64,000 bases of DNA from an uncultured virus (IMG/VR IMGVR_UViG_3300030104_006454) (IMGVR_UViG_3300030104_006454:1-64000), one strand, 5' to 3'. Numbered from the stretch's first letter, positions 18,546 through 29,882 are shown. Translations and numbers: made by a program. The notes: generated from the sequence alone by a model not told the origin.

Positions 18546-19552
18546 TTAGAAGATTACGTAATTTACTCCAAATTTAAAGTCGTACCACTCTCTATTCCAG
18601 TATTTATTATACTTACCTTCAACAAACGAGCCTAAAGACTTATTTAGCTTATAACCAAATATAATACCACCGCTATAATCAAGCCATTGACCGTTATTAT
18701 AAGCATGATAAGAAAACTCACCTTTGTCGTCGTAATGATAAGGCATAATATTAGCCCAAGCATGTGTCCAAAACATCTTAGTATAATGATAATAATCAAA
18801 ACCTAAAACAAGCGAGTGTTGTATAATTTGATCTAAACTATTACGTTTTCTTTCAGTATAATTTGCTAACACTGTTGGTATTACAACCTCTTCCCAAACC
18901 TCTTTGCTTGTAGCAACGAGTTCTCCATCTGGAGAAAAATACTCACTAGCAGCTACATCGACATTATAGCCTTCTTGTAGTGCTAGGTAAGTGTAATGTA
19001 TATTGCCNNNNNNNNNNNNNNNNNNNNNNNNNNNNNNAAGGACAATTTGTCATTAACTTTATATCTATATCTTTCTGATGTTTCAAAGTATTTTATATCT
19101 GCAAAACCATCTTCTAAATATTCACCTTTTAATATATACTTATCGTCAACAAATCTTATAAAGTGATGCTGATCTAAATATTCATTACCTTGTTGTCTTG
19201 TATAATCTATTTCAAATAAAAATTCTAAACCAGATACTTTACCAACATTAGCACCGTCTGACCAAGAGTTTTCAGTACCATCATAAAATGTTTGCGCTCT
19301 GTTTTCATAACCAAATCTAGCTATCTTACGTATACCTAATGCTAAGTTATAATCATAAGGTGTTTGTATTGTAGCTGTTTCAAGGCCATTTGTAACTGAA
19401 AATGTTTCTACATCTGATATAGAAGTACCACCATTTGCAGCTGCATAAAATGTAGAAAATTTAAATATTTTCTTTACATCTTGACTACAACATTTTTTAG
19501 GTGCTGCGCAAGCAACCATTGCTATACATATTACGATAATTAGTTTTTTCAT
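18546..19552 (-). CDS. outer-membrane beta-barrel-like protein, one gene interrupted by an assembly gap
   Basis: The downstream frame is open right up to the N-run (GNIHYTYLALQEGY...VLANYTER). N-terminal signal with a Cys; aromatic-rich strands; C-terminal FGVNYVIF. Confidence 0.65.
19008..19037. other. assembly gap (N-run)
   Basis: 30 consecutive Ns. Confidence 0.99.
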
Positions 19553-19577
19553 TATTTTATTTAGTTGTTATATTATT

Positions 19578-22500
19578 TTATTCTAGCCTAATACCTTCAT
19601 ATTTCCTTTTTTTCTTTTTCTTTTTTTCTTCTTCTATACCAACATTGTAAGGTGTCCAACCAGCACCCATAAATATTCTTTGCCATGTTTCATATTTATC
19701 ACTTAAAGCGTGTTGCACGTTAGTAATATTTTGGTATGGCGAATAAACAGGCGCATTAGTAATAGCTTGTATACTCATTAACCCCGCTTCTAGTTTTGGA
19801 TTACCTAATTCAAATTTAAAAGGAGTTTTTGTGTTAAACTTTAATCTATCGCCAGCTAAATCTAACATACCAATTTTAGATCCAATTGGTGGTGATATAT
19901 TTAACAAGTCTTCTGTAATTTCACCATAATCAGCCATATAACCTTTTGGAGATTGTTTAAAAAATTCAATTGCAGCATTTTTAAACGATGATATAAAAGC
20001 TCCTTGTATACCAAAACCTCTTAACATAGAATCTGAGGTTGATTGTAGTGTATAAGTTTTTGTACTAGCTATTTTTTCTGGAGTAACATCTTCATCATTA
20101 AATAACATTGCAAACAAAGCTGATTGTAAACCAGCAAATATACTTACTTGAGCGCCCATATAGTATGCTATTCTACCCATAGCCTCTGAAGTATTTCTTA
20201 AACCAGTTGTTCTACCTTTAGCTACATCAAGTATATCTTTCATACCCGCTCTATTCATTTGCATTGGAGTATTGGCAAATGGTAGTATAAATCTACCTAT
20301 TAAGGATGTTTGTTGTCTAGATAATAAATCTGCTCTTGATGACTGCTGTGTTCTTTCTGATAAAACTTGAAAATCTAAAAACGCTTCTTTTTCAGCTTCT
20401 TTAGTTTTCATGCCTTGTCTTTCATACATTTTAATTCTGTTTCTATAAAACGTGGCACCACCAAAAGATATTGCAAAACTATCCGCAAGTTTTGTAGGCG
20501 TATAACCAACTTTTAAAACTTTAGATATTATACCCTGTATCATGTTTGGTGAAGCAGCAGCCGCAGAAGCAATTTCAGCTTCAGTAACATTTATTGACAA
20601 ACCGTCACGTCTTTGTTTTAACATAGGAGAGTTCATTATAAACATAAAGTCTTTAGCAAACTGAGGAACATTGGCCATTGCTCTTGCTGCAGATATAGGA
20701 TTATTTTCTCTCATATTAAGAAAATTAAGAGTAGATATAGTTTGTAGAGCAGCTGATCTAGTGTTAAAATTCATAATAGTACCAATACCACCGTTTAAAT
20801 AATTCATCATAGCGCTACTACCTCTATCTAGTTTTAAAGATCTAGTTCTACCAGTTTCCATACGATCAAACATATCTTCAATGTTTTCTCTCCACCTGGT
20901 GCCAAGCTTAGACTCCATTTTGTTTAAATTTTCTTCACTAAATATTTCGTTTTTAGCGTTTGTCCACTCTTGAAGATATTGTTTTCTACTAACGCCTCTA
21001 TCTATATTTGTGACTTCACCAGCCATTGTTTCTGCCCACCAGTTTTCTCCTGGTTCTTTTAAACCTTTTTCTTGTTTTGTAATTGTAGCAAAACGCTCCG
21101 CATAAGCTCTTAATCTCGGATTGTTTATTACATGCTCAACCAATTTGTTTTCTGATGTTTTTGCTAAATCAGGTATTGTGTAACCAGCTTTGTTCCAAAG
21201 ATAAACTCTCATTGCCATGTCGTTTGTAAAGCTAGTACCTTCAACTTCTTTTGAAATTATTTTAACTACGTCTTTATTTTGTTTACGAAGACTCATGTAA
21301 TCGTTTTTAGCAGATTGTCTAGCTACGTTGTAATCTCTTATACCTCTTTCAAATGGTAACACAAGCTCTTCTTTAAACCATTTTTTATTTTCGTTACCTT
21401 TTTTACCTTTACCATACAAAGGCTCTATTAATAATTCTAAATCAGCAGCGCTATCACGCATAAATATTCTTCTTCGTTTGATATCTTTACCTCTAATTTT
21501 TGCTTCAGCTTTAGAAAATCTTTTTTGGGATTCAATACCTAAAGAGTGTTCCATTATTTTGTTTATGGCAAGGTCATTGTTTTTACTAGCTAAAGCTTGT
21601 TGAACTTTAGATTTAATATCTAGCTGGCTTAAGACTTCTTTAACAGCTTTTACATTTGGTAAAGCGTCGTCAACAAAATACATATCGTTATAACCTTCAC
21701 TAAACTTTTCAAGCATCCATAATGCTTTTGCTTCGCCAGTGCTATTACCTAATCCAGTTATATTTTTTAAAGGTATTTTTACACCTTCTGACTTTAAATA
21801 ATCTTGAATTGCTTTAGCACTTTCAGGGGCTCTAGCAGTTAATATAAATACATTATCTGGACCAAACTTTTCTATTTGATTTTTCATTTTCTGCATTAAA
21901 GGCCCTGGCTTACCTTTTGTTACTCTATTAAAATCAGTAAAGTCCATTTTCCAACCTTCTTTTAATAACTTTTCACCAACAAATGGCCACTCGTTAGAAG
22001 CTATTTTCTTTTTTTGTTTTCCTTTAGTTGCAAACACAAAGTTTTCGCTAAAAGCAACGGTTTCATCAAAATCAAAAACACTAGCACCTCTTGCTTTTTT
22101 GTTTTTAACCCTACCGCTTTCTAGCGCTTGATCTCTAATTTTAGCGTTTCTAATCATATTTGCTGTAGAAACGTTTTTAGATGGTAAGCCGGCTTTTTTA
22201 GAAATTGCTTGTAAATTTTCGTAAACATTTTTTGCTTGAAGTCTACCGTCTATAATTTCAGCGTAAGTTTTTCCAGTTTTAAAATCAACAATAGATTCCA
22301 TTATTTGTCTTTCTAGCAAAAAGTTAGCTTTAGCTGTTACATCTGTAGTGATACCTTTTTCAGAATATATATTAGCTGTATTACCACCAGCCTCAGCATC
22401 ATCTATCTTTTTTTGTAATTCTCTACTAATTATGCTTTGCTTGAACTCTCTAATTAAAGGTTTCATGTTATCTTGAAAAGCTTTTTTCTTTCCAAAATTA

Positions 22501-25500
22501 TTTAAAGTATTTAATAGTAAATTACCAGTAAGGTTTGTTAATTGAAACTCGTGTTCACTCCTGTATCTTTCAGAAAGAGTTTTTTCAACATTACCACTTC
22601 TAATTAATGTACTAGCGTTGTGAGTAGCTAAACCTCTAAACCAACCATTACCCAAATTTGTTTGTATTTGTAAAAAATAGCTAACGTTGTTAATTGCTGT
22701 TTCTAAACTACCTTTTTCGCCAGACTTGGCAGCGTTGTTTATATAGTCAAATAGTTTTGTAGAAATATAATTTAGCATACCTTGGTTTGCTTCTAGCATT
22801 TTGTTGTAGCCTTTTAAAGTACCGTCAGGAGATAATTGTTTTTTAATATTTTCAACATATGCTTTTCTTATTTTAGGATTGAAAACATCAAGACCCTTGT
22901 CTTCAAACGTTTTTAAAGCATTGTCTACTGCCTTTTGTACATCTGTGTTATTGTTTACTTTAACAAACTTAGGATCAAAATATTTTTTCTTAAACTCTTT
23001 GTTTGTCAAGGGCTTGCCGGTTTTTGTACTTACTTCTCTAAAATTTACTAAATCAAGTCCCTCAAAAATACCGTTACGCATGTCCTTATCAAATATTTTA
23101 GGCTCAGTGATTTTTCCTCTTTTTTTACTTACTCTAGTCACAAGTGGTCTATAGCCAAACCTTTGATTTCCATAACCCATAGTAGTACCAAGACCACCTC
23201 TATCAGGACCTGGCATGTTTAGTAATCTAGCGTCAAACGATTCAAAAAACTTAGGTAAAAATAATTCAGCAAAGTCTTTGCTAAAATCTCTATCTTTTTC
23301 TCTTTTAGACTTAGCTTGGTTAACATTAATCAAGTCTTTATTAATAAGTCCTTTTTCTGAAAATTTGTCTAATATTTTGTTTAACTCTCCATAAACACTA
23401 ACTCCTTTTTTACCGTCAAACTTAGCATCAAAAATAATTGGCTTAACCGCTTTGCCTTGTATAATACCAAGAGATCTTCCAGCATCTCCAAACTTTACAA
23501 ATAATTCGCCAGTAGTAGAAAGTTCTTCTACGCCTAACTTCATTTTTTCTAGTATCTCTGCTTTGTATGGTTTTAAACTTTCGTTGCTAGCTATAACCTC
23601 TAAAACAGCAGCTTTAGCTCCTTGACCTTTTTTTATTTTTTCAACAAACTGATCAACTACTAGCTTTGTTTTCATAGATGCTAAAGCCTCTGGAGTGGTT
23701 CCTCTTAAGTTTTCTCTAATAGATGTTAAAACTTGATTAAGTTGAAGTCCTTCGTAAACGCCAGGATTCATTTTCTTTAACATTTCAACGTATCTAGGAT
23801 TATTTAACTGCATGTCTACAACTTTTCTAGCTACAGTAAAAGTTCCATGAGGCATTAGATAATCCATTCTTTTGTGATGCTGATCTTTTCTGTTACCTTT
23901 AAATATAATGTCATTAAGAATACCTTTTCTATATGGCTCTTTTTCCATTTTATCTCTACCCTCAGCTTTTTGAGAATCTGTTAATATTTCTTTAGCAATA
24001 CCTTTGTTTAATTCTGCAAAAGTAAACTCTCCCACTTTTTTATAAAGAGGAGCAAAAGTAGATTTAGCAGCGTTTGTAGTTTCCGATGTGTATTTGTCTC
24101 TGCTTTCTGGTAGCGTCGCCTCATAGAGTTCTTTTTCTTTTGCCTCAAATATTTCTTTAGAAATATCGTAATAATCTTTTTTAGCTACTTTTTCTAAAGT
24201 AATACTACCATCTTTATTTTCGACTTCTTTATATCTACCAAATTGCTTTTCAAATAATTTTTGAGTTTCAGGGGTAATAGCTTCTGCTAATTTTTCCGGT
24301 CTTAAATCGATTAAAGCTTTTGTTGATTTTAAATAGTCAGTTGTGTTTTTTCTAATACTAACCAAGTCTTTAGGCTCAACGTAATCAAGTGGATTTATCT
24401 TCTTTTTACCTTTAGCTTCTCTTTTTATTTCTTCTGTTGATTTAAACTCAAAAGTACTAGGGCCTTTAGTATCAACAATATCTCTACCGGTTTCACCCAT
24501 TTCTTGAATACTTCTTGTAAAACCAAGACCTTCTAAATCGCTTTCTTGACCAAGAGCTCTTTCTTTTATTTCGTGTATACGATTAATTAAACCCTCTCTA
24601 ACCGTTTTAGTTAAATTTTGTTTACCTTTGTAACCTTCTTTTGTAGCTTTTTCTATAAATTCAGGTGTTCCAAACTTAGCATCGTATTTAGACTCTAAGG
24701 CTTCAACTTCTTTTTTAGTTAATCTTTTGTTTCCTTCTGAATCAAAAACGTCTGGTTTTCCTTTAGTATAATCAAATTCTTTTCTAGCTTCATATTCTTT
24801 TATTAAACCTTGAACACCTCTATTTTTAGCATCAGGACCTCTATTTATATCATACACCATATCTAAAGCCAAAGTGTATCTTTGATCAGGGTTTTTATAA
24901 ACTTCAGGATACATTCTTTCTATTAAATCATATATAATATTATCAAAGTTTTTACCAGCAACAGAAGATCTATCTTTAGGATCAGGCATTGTGAGTTGTT
25001 CTATAGATCTATCAAGTTTTAAACCTTCTTTGCCTTTAACTATATCTTGATAAGTTTTTTGAGTTTTACTAGATAATTCTACAGACTTAGAAGGCATATT
25101 TGTTTTCATTACCTCTTCTGACTTTTCTTCATTTTTTCTCTGTTGTGTCCTACTGTCTGCTTCTATTTTTTCGGCAAAAGTTCCATCTGCTTTTACTCTT
25201 TTAAACATTTCTATTTGTTTTCTAGTAAGATTACCTTCTAAAGTAGATCTAGAAAAATTAGCTATAAAATCTATTAAGTCTTGTTTAGTACCGCTTTCAA
25301 TAACACTAGTACCCATGTGTCTATTAGTAAACTTATTTAAATCCATTTGTAGCTTTTTCCAAGTGCCATTTGCTACAAACTTACTATAATATCTAGGGTT
25401 GGCTAAAATTTCAGCTGTATAAGCTAAAAATTCATTTGCTTTTATTTTGTCAAAATTAACTTGACTACCATGCTCGTTTTTAACAAGTTCTTCAATAGAC

Positions 25501-28409
25501 ATGTCCTTAAACTTACCAGTTGGCTTACCGTCTTTATCTTTTATTTCAACATCTACAAACATTTTATCCTGAAAGCTAGACTCAATAGTAGCTTTAAAGC
25601 TGTTCATTAATGCAGGATTATTTTTAAACATTTGTTTCATTGTTAAATGAAATACTTCATGAGGTAGTTTTCCTGGTTGAACTCTATTAACGTCTATATA
25701 AATAGTTTTGCCATCTCTAGATAACTCTGCGGCAGAGTCTTCAAACTCAAACAAATCTTTACCCTCTTTGTTTTTTCTACTATTAACAGCTTGTATAGAA
25801 ACTTGTTCTCCAAAAATAGCTTTTATATTTTTGTTTTGACGCTCTATCATTTTAGTAGCTTTTTCAGGGTCGTGCCAATCATTGACTTCGTATATACCTT
25901 CTAGTCTAGTATGAACACCCATAAACAGCTCTTCTGCTTTTTTCAAAAGCTCTTCTGTTTTTTCAGCTTCTTTAGATCTTCCTGTTGCTTTTTGATTTGC
26001 TATAGTACTTTTGTATATAGTTATTTTATTAGCTAACTCGTTTTCTAGTTTTTCTAACCTAGATGTTGTTTTAAAATTGTTTTTCCAGTTTTTACCACCA
26101 CCAAAAGCCCAACCTTTAGCGCCAATAGCAGTAAACACAAAGTAATCAACTAGCATGTCTACACTTGTTAATTCTAAATCGGCGTAGTTTTCTTTTACCC
26201 ATGTTTGGTAAGATTCTTTACCAGCAACATCTCTGATTAAAGCCTCTAAATTAGCAGCCGCTTGAACAGACAAACTACCACCTACACCGCTTTTATTAGC
26301 GTTCATAAAAGTGTTTAGAAGATTATATTTAGATTTAAAATTAGGTATTAAATTTCCAACAGCATAAAAACCAGCACCACCACCCATGTGATAATGTTCA
26401 TCAAAAGCGGCTTTCATTTTTATCTCTTCTTTTATTATACCACCAGTGTGATAAAGTGTTTTTTGAAGTGTGTTACCTTGTGATAGTTTAGAGACTAACT
26501 TTGCTGCGCCAGGAATAATACCTGTTCCTTTTTTTATAGCCAAATCTATTATTGCAAACTCTGCTATAGCAGGAACAAAACCGGTTACGCCTTCATAAAC
26601 TCTATAAACAGTGCCTCTTTTAATTTCTTCCGTTTGCGTTGTTGTTAACGTTATGTTACTATTAGCAGCTATACCTTCTAAAATATCTTTGTCTTCTCTA
26701 GTGCTACCCATTGTTTCAATATCAGCTTGGCTACCGCCAAATATACCTCTAAAACCTTCTACAATTAACTCAGCACCTCTTTCTGTTAACATTGTTTCTG
26801 TAGATGCTGGGTCTACGTTTAATAAGTGCATTTTAGTTAACACTCTACCTTCTTTTATTAAATTAAATTTATCATCACGATAATCTTTAAGCATTCTTTT
26901 AAAAGGTTTGTCTAAATCAACTCCTGGTGTATATTCATCTATACCGGTTAACTGTTGCCATCTAGAGTTTTCAAACTGTTGTAACCCAACTTTATCTGTT
27001 AAACCAAAATAACCCATAGGTGATTTAAAAGAAGATTTGTCTTTAATATTAAGTAAACCAGTAAATTTTGAACCAAAATCTTGTTTACCACTAAATACTG
27101 TAGAGCCTTTTGCACCGGACAAAAAAGTAAAACCATCGCTTTTTACAGTTGCATCGTAATATTTTGCTAAATCTTTTAATTTAACGCTATACTCATATCC
27201 ATTTTCGTTATCTCCAAGTATTTCATAACCTAAAGCCTCAAAAATAGCGCTAGCTTGTGGATCATTAACTGTTATGTTATATGTTTCTTCACCTTGTTTA
27301 TCGCTCAACCATTTTTTTCTACCATTAACGTTAAAAGCTTGCTCAATATTCTGCCCGTAAGTAAGTTTTATTTTATCTTCTGTTTTAGTTAATTCTTCTT
27401 TGCTTACAACAATTGCTGTTGCTGCTTGTGGAGACTCTGGATTTATAGATATTCCAGTTATAGGATCTACTAAAAACTCAGAGTTTTTTCTCCACCAACC
27501 TTCATATTCGCGTAAAAGCTCTTCGTTTGTTTTTTGTTGTGTTTGATATTCATTTGAGTTAGGATCTAATGTTTTAATTTTTTCTAAACCTAAATGTAAA
27601 GCCATACCTTCTTTACTCAAAGTGTTTATCTTAGCTTGTCTGTTAGCGTTGTCAATTTTTGTTGTGGTAGTATTTTCTTCTGTTATGGTATTAACAAGCT
27701 CTATTTCTTTTTCATTAGATTTTATTGCTTTGTCATAATCAAACTTTTTAGTAACAGCATCACCTATAATTTTTTCTATAGACTGCTCACTTAATAAACT
27801 AAAATCTACATCAGTTTCAAAATCTCCACCAAAAAAACCACCAAACTTTCCTACTTGATTTTTTAAAGCCTGCATTACTATTTCATAGTCTTCACCTTTA
27901 CCACCTTTTTCTAATTTTTCAACATAAGAAAAGTCAAAGTTTTCGCCTAATAAATTTGTTAAAAAATCAACATCATCTAGTTTTGCAGCTATAACATTTG
28001 TGACTTTTTCTTTTTGACTTGCAAACTCTTTACTAACAGTTCTGTCTCTATCGAAAAAATTTCTTACATTTAAGTTTACGTCGTCCCAAGAAGTTGTTTT
28101 TCCAGCAGTACTAAAAATATTTGGCAAATCAAAAGCTTCTGACGTTTCATCTGTGTCTGCGTCATACATTACAAATCGATCTTTACCAGCTGTTGCTTCT
28201 TTAAACTCAATACCAGTGTTTTTGTAATAAGTATTCATATTATTAACAAAATCTTTTTCAACAAAACCCCAGCCAACATCTTTTTTCATTTTTTCTACCG
28301 TAGCGTGATTAGTTTTACTTGCGGTAGGGTTTTCAGCCAACCACGCGTCTAACTCTTCTTGAGTATCAAAATTATATGCTTCACCATTAAGATAGTAAGT
28401 TTCAGTCAT
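19578..28409 (-). CDS. giant internal virion/ejection (polyvalent-type) protein with zincin HExxH and HAD-phosphatase domains
   Basis: 2943 aa, downstream of the tail genes. LPHEVFHL; HAD motifs VFDFDET, ILTAR, K and YFVDD. Confidence 0.7.
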   Translation of the reverse strand: MTETYYLNGEAYNFDTQEELDAWLAENPTASKTNHATVEKMKKDVGWGFVEKDFVNNMNTYYKNTGIEFKEATAGKDRFVMYDADTDETSEAFDLPNIFSTAGKTTSWDDVNLNVRNFFDRDRTVSKEFASQKEKVTNVIAAKLDDVDFLTNLLGENFDFSYVEKLEKGGKGEDYEIVMQALKNQVGKFGGFFGGDFETDVDFSLLSEQSIEKIIGDAVTKKFDYDKAIKSNEKEIELVNTITEENTTTTKIDNANRQAKINTLSKEGMALHLGLEKIKTLDPNSNEYQTQQKTNEELLREYEGWWRKNSEFLVDPITGISINPESPQAATAIVVSKEELTKTEDKIKLTYGQNIEQAFNVNGRKKWLSDKQGEETYNITVNDPQASAIFEALGYEILGDNENGYEYSVKLKDLAKYYDATVKSDGFTFLSGAKGSTVFSGKQDFGSKFTGLLNIKDKSSFKSPMGYFGLTDKVGLQQFENSRWQQLTGIDEYTPGVDLDKPFKRMLKDYRDDKFNLIKEGRVLTKMHLLNVDPASTETMLTERGAELIVEGFRGIFGGSQADIETMGSTREDKDILEGIAANSNITLTTTQTEEIKRGTVYRVYEGVTGFVPAIAEFAIIDLAIKKGTGIIPGAAKLVSKLSQGNTLQKTLYHTGGIIKEEIKMKAAFDEHYHMGGGAGFYAVGNLIPNFKSKYNLLNTFMNANKSGVGGSLSVQAAANLEALIRDVAGKESYQTWVKENYADLELTSVDMLVDYFVFTAIGAKGWAFGGGKNWKNNFKTTSRLEKLENELANKITIYKSTIANQKATGRSKEAEKTEELLKKAEELFMGVHTRLEGIYEVNDWHDPEKATKMIERQNKNIKAIFGEQVSIQAVNSRKNKEGKDLFEFEDSAAELSRDGKTIYIDVNRVQPGKLPHEVFHLTMKQMFKNNPALMNSFKATIESSFQDKMFVDVEIKDKDGKPTGKFKDMSIEELVKNEHGSQVNFDKIKANEFLAYTAEILANPRYYSKFVANGTWKKLQMDLNKFTNRHMGTSVIESGTKQDLIDFIANFSRSTLEGNLTRKQIEMFKRVKADGTFAEKIEADSRTQQRKNEEKSEEVMKTNMPSKSVELSSKTQKTYQDIVKGKEGLKLDRSIEQLTMPDPKDRSSVAGKNFDNIIYDLIERMYPEVYKNPDQRYTLALDMVYDINRGPDAKNRGVQGLIKEYEARKEFDYTKGKPDVFDSEGNKRLTKKEVEALESKYDAKFGTPEFIEKATKEGYKGKQNLTKTVREGLINRIHEIKERALGQESDLEGLGFTRSIQEMGETGRDIVDTKGPSTFEFKSTEEIKREAKGKKKINPLDYVEPKDLVSIRKNTTDYLKSTKALIDLRPEKLAEAITPETQKLFEKQFGRYKEVENKDGSITLEKVAKKDYYDISKEIFEAKEKELYEATLPESRDKYTSETTNAAKSTFAPLYKKVGEFTFAELNKGIAKEILTDSQKAEGRDKMEKEPYRKGILNDIIFKGNRKDQHHKRMDYLMPHGTFTVARKVVDMQLNNPRYVEMLKKMNPGVYEGLQLNQVLTSIRENLRGTTPEALASMKTKLVVDQFVEKIKKGQGAKAAVLEVIASNESLKPYKAEILEKMKLGVEELSTTGELFVKFGDAGRSLGIIQGKAVKPIIFDAKFDGKKGVSVYGELNKILDKFSEKGLINKDLINVNQAKSKREKDRDFSKDFAELFLPKFFESFDARLLNMPGPDRGGLGTTMGYGNQRFGYRPLVTRVSKKRGKITEPKIFDKDMRNGIFEGLDLVNFREVSTKTGKPLTNKEFKKKYFDPKFVKVNNNTDVQKAVDNALKTFEDKGLDVFNPKIRKAYVENIKKQLSPDGTLKGYNKMLEANQGMLNYISTKLFDYINNAAKSGEKGSLETAINNVSYFLQIQTNLGNGWFRGLATHNASTLIRSGNVEKTLSERYRSEHEFQLTNLTGNLLLNTLNNFGKKKAFQDNMKPLIREFKQSIISRELQKKIDDAEAGGNTANIYSEKGITTDVTAKANFLLERQIMESIVDFKTGKTYAEIIDGRLQAKNVYENLQAISKKAGLPSKNVSTANMIRNAKIRDQALESGRVKNKKARGASVFDFDETVAFSENFVFATKGKQKKKIASNEWPFVGEKLLKEGWKMDFTDFNRVTKGKPGPLMQKMKNQIEKFGPDNVFILTARAPESAKAIQDYLKSEGVKIPLKNITGLGNSTGEAKALWMLEKFSEGYNDMYFVDDALPNVKAVKEVLSQLDIKSKVQQALASKNNDLAINKIMEHSLGIESQKRFSKAEAKIRGKDIKRRRIFMRDSAADLELLIEPLYGKGKKGNENKKWFKEELVLPFERGIRDYNVARQSAKNDYMSLRKQNKDVVKIISKEVEGTSFTNDMAMRVYLWNKAGYTIPDLAKTSENKLVEHVINNPRLRAYAERFATITKQEKGLKEPGENWWAETMAGEVTNIDRGVSRKQYLQEWTNAKNEIFSEENLNKMESKLGTRWRENIEDMFDRMETGRTRSLKLDRGSSAMMNYLNGGIGTIMNFNTRSAALQTISTLNFLNMRENNPISAARAMANVPQFAKDFMFIMNSPMLKQRRDGLSINVTEAEIASAAAASPNMIQGIISKVLKVGYTPTKLADSFAISFGGATFYRNRIKMYERQGMKTKEAEKEAFLDFQVLSERTQQSSRADLLSRQQTSLIGRFILPFANTPMQMNRAGMKDILDVAKGRTTGLRNTSEAMGRIAYYMGAQVSIFAGLQSALFAMLFNDEDVTPEKIASTKTYTLQSTSDSMLRGFGIQGAFISSFKNAAIEFFKQSPKGYMADYGEITEDLLNISPPIGSKIGMLDLAGDRLKFNTKTPFKFELGNPKLEAGLMSIQAITNAPVYSPYQNITNVQHALSDKYETWQRIFMGAGWTPYNVGIEEEKKKKKKRKYEGIRLE

Positions 28410-28430
28410 CTATTAATTACTTTAATTTTA

Positions 28431-29870
28431 TTATTGAATAAGAGTATTTAAGTGTTCCATATAGTGGTTATAAACTTTAGTACCAAAAGTAACTCCACTT
28501 TCAGCTTCAATCATAACTTGTGCCATGACCTTTTGGAATGATGCAGGAGATGTGCCTTTTAATTTAAAATCAACTGAATATCTTTTTTCAGGTCCTTCAG
28601 CTCCGTACATATTTTTTCTAAAATAATAAAAATTTGGATCATCTTCAGCTTGAACAAGTTCAACTTGTCCACCCATAGCGGTAAATGATGTTAACTGCTT
28701 ATTTTCGTTTACACGTGCCTTTTCAATAACACTTTCAATATCTTGAATTACTGATAAATCTTGAGCTTGTGAAGCTGTTAATTTTCCTTTTATTTTAAAG
28801 TTAGTTGAACTTGTTGGGTTTGAAACTATTGGGTTAAAAGTTTTTTCTAAAGGCTCTTTATGTTTTACAATTTTAGCTAAAAAATTATCTATATCTTCGT
28901 CTAAATTAGTATCTCCTTCCATTAGCTGATTAAGAATTATTGCTTGCGCTTTGTCTTTTTGCTCCTTACTAGTATATTTCTTTAATTCCGCGTCATAATA
29001 TTCTTTTGCATCAACTTCTACTCCGTTAACTTTAATTTTAAGACCCTTTAATCCACTTTCTATATAATGCTCTGACCATTTTTCAGTTTTTAAAACACCG
29101 TTTTGATCCGTAACTTTAAAACCTTTTGGGTTGTCAAGAAGAAAACTATATTTAACGTTTTTATTTTCCATTGCAGTTTCTATAGCTGTCAACGTAGCGT
29201 CTTTACTAGCTGGAAACTTACTATTTTCACCACTGTCAAATGTTGAGCCAATAAACTTTGTTAATATATCGTTTACAGGTTTTCTATCTTCAATTGTACC
29301 CATGTTTTCTAATTTAGCTAACAACACGTTTGGCCTAACATAAGTTACGCCATCTGTATCTAAAACAAGTAAATTACCGTCTGTACCTTGCTGGTAAAAC
29401 GTAGAAATTTCCATTTCTTCACCAGTTATACCGTCTTTAATTTTAACAGGATTGTCTAATTCTCCAAGTCTTAAACCTAAAATGTAGTTTTCGTCTATAG
29501 GACTAACAGATCCAGAAAGACCATTTTCTTCTATTGTTGCTAGTCTTGCGTTAATTTTTGGTATTACATTTTTTACATCAAAAGCAATACTTTTTACTTG
29601 ATTTGTACCATCTTCTAAAGATGTATTTCCATCAATAACATTATTTTGAATAGTACCAACCATACCTGTAACCGCTGCCATATCGGTAGGTATCGAAAGT
29701 TTTTTTACAGATGATTTTAATTCATCTGCTGCCTTTTTTCTCAAAGTAAGGCCTTGTGATATAGCACCAACAGCCTCTATATATCCAGCAAGTCCAAACT
29801 CACCTTCTGCAGGCGTGTATGCTGAACGAGCTGATTGTATTACTGCTTGTGTGTTAAGGTTAATTGCCAT
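28431..29870 (-). CDS. putative internal virion/ejection protein
   Basis: 479 aa, between the small and giant ejection-type genes. Confidence 0.55.
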   Translation of the reverse strand: MAINLNTQAVIQSARSAYTPAEGEFGLAGYIEAVGAISQGLTLRKKAADELKSSVKKLSIPTDMAAVTGMVGTIQNNVIDGNTSLEDGTNQVKSIAFDVKNVIPKINARLATIEENGLSGSVSPIDENYILGLRLGELDNPVKIKDGITGEEMEISTFYQQGTDGNLLVLDTDGVTYVRPNVLLAKLENMGTIEDRKPVNDILTKFIGSTFDSGENSKFPASKDATLTAIETAMENKNVKYSFLLDNPKGFKVTDQNGVLKTEKWSEHYIESGLKGLKIKVNGVEVDAKEYYDAELKKYTSKEQKDKAQAIILNQLMEGDTNLDEDIDNFLAKIVKHKEPLEKTFNPIVSNPTSSTNFKIKGKLTASQAQDLSVIQDIESVIEKARVNENKQLTSFTAMGGQVELVQAEDDPNFYYFRKNMYGAEGPEKRYSVDFKLKGTSPASFQKVMAQVMIEAESGVTFGTKVYNHYMEHLNTLIQ

Positions 29871-29882
29871 AGTTATATTTTT

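Noticed and set aside
18546..19552. Frameshifted pseudogene or two separate genes
   Set aside because: The frame change coincides with a 30-N assembly gap, and both flanking frames are open up to the gap.
19578..28409. crAss-type virion RNA polymerase
   Set aside because: No DFDID/DxDGD catalytic motif was seen, and the DFDET present fits HAD motif I with matching downstream motifs. It cannot be fully excluded without structure prediction.
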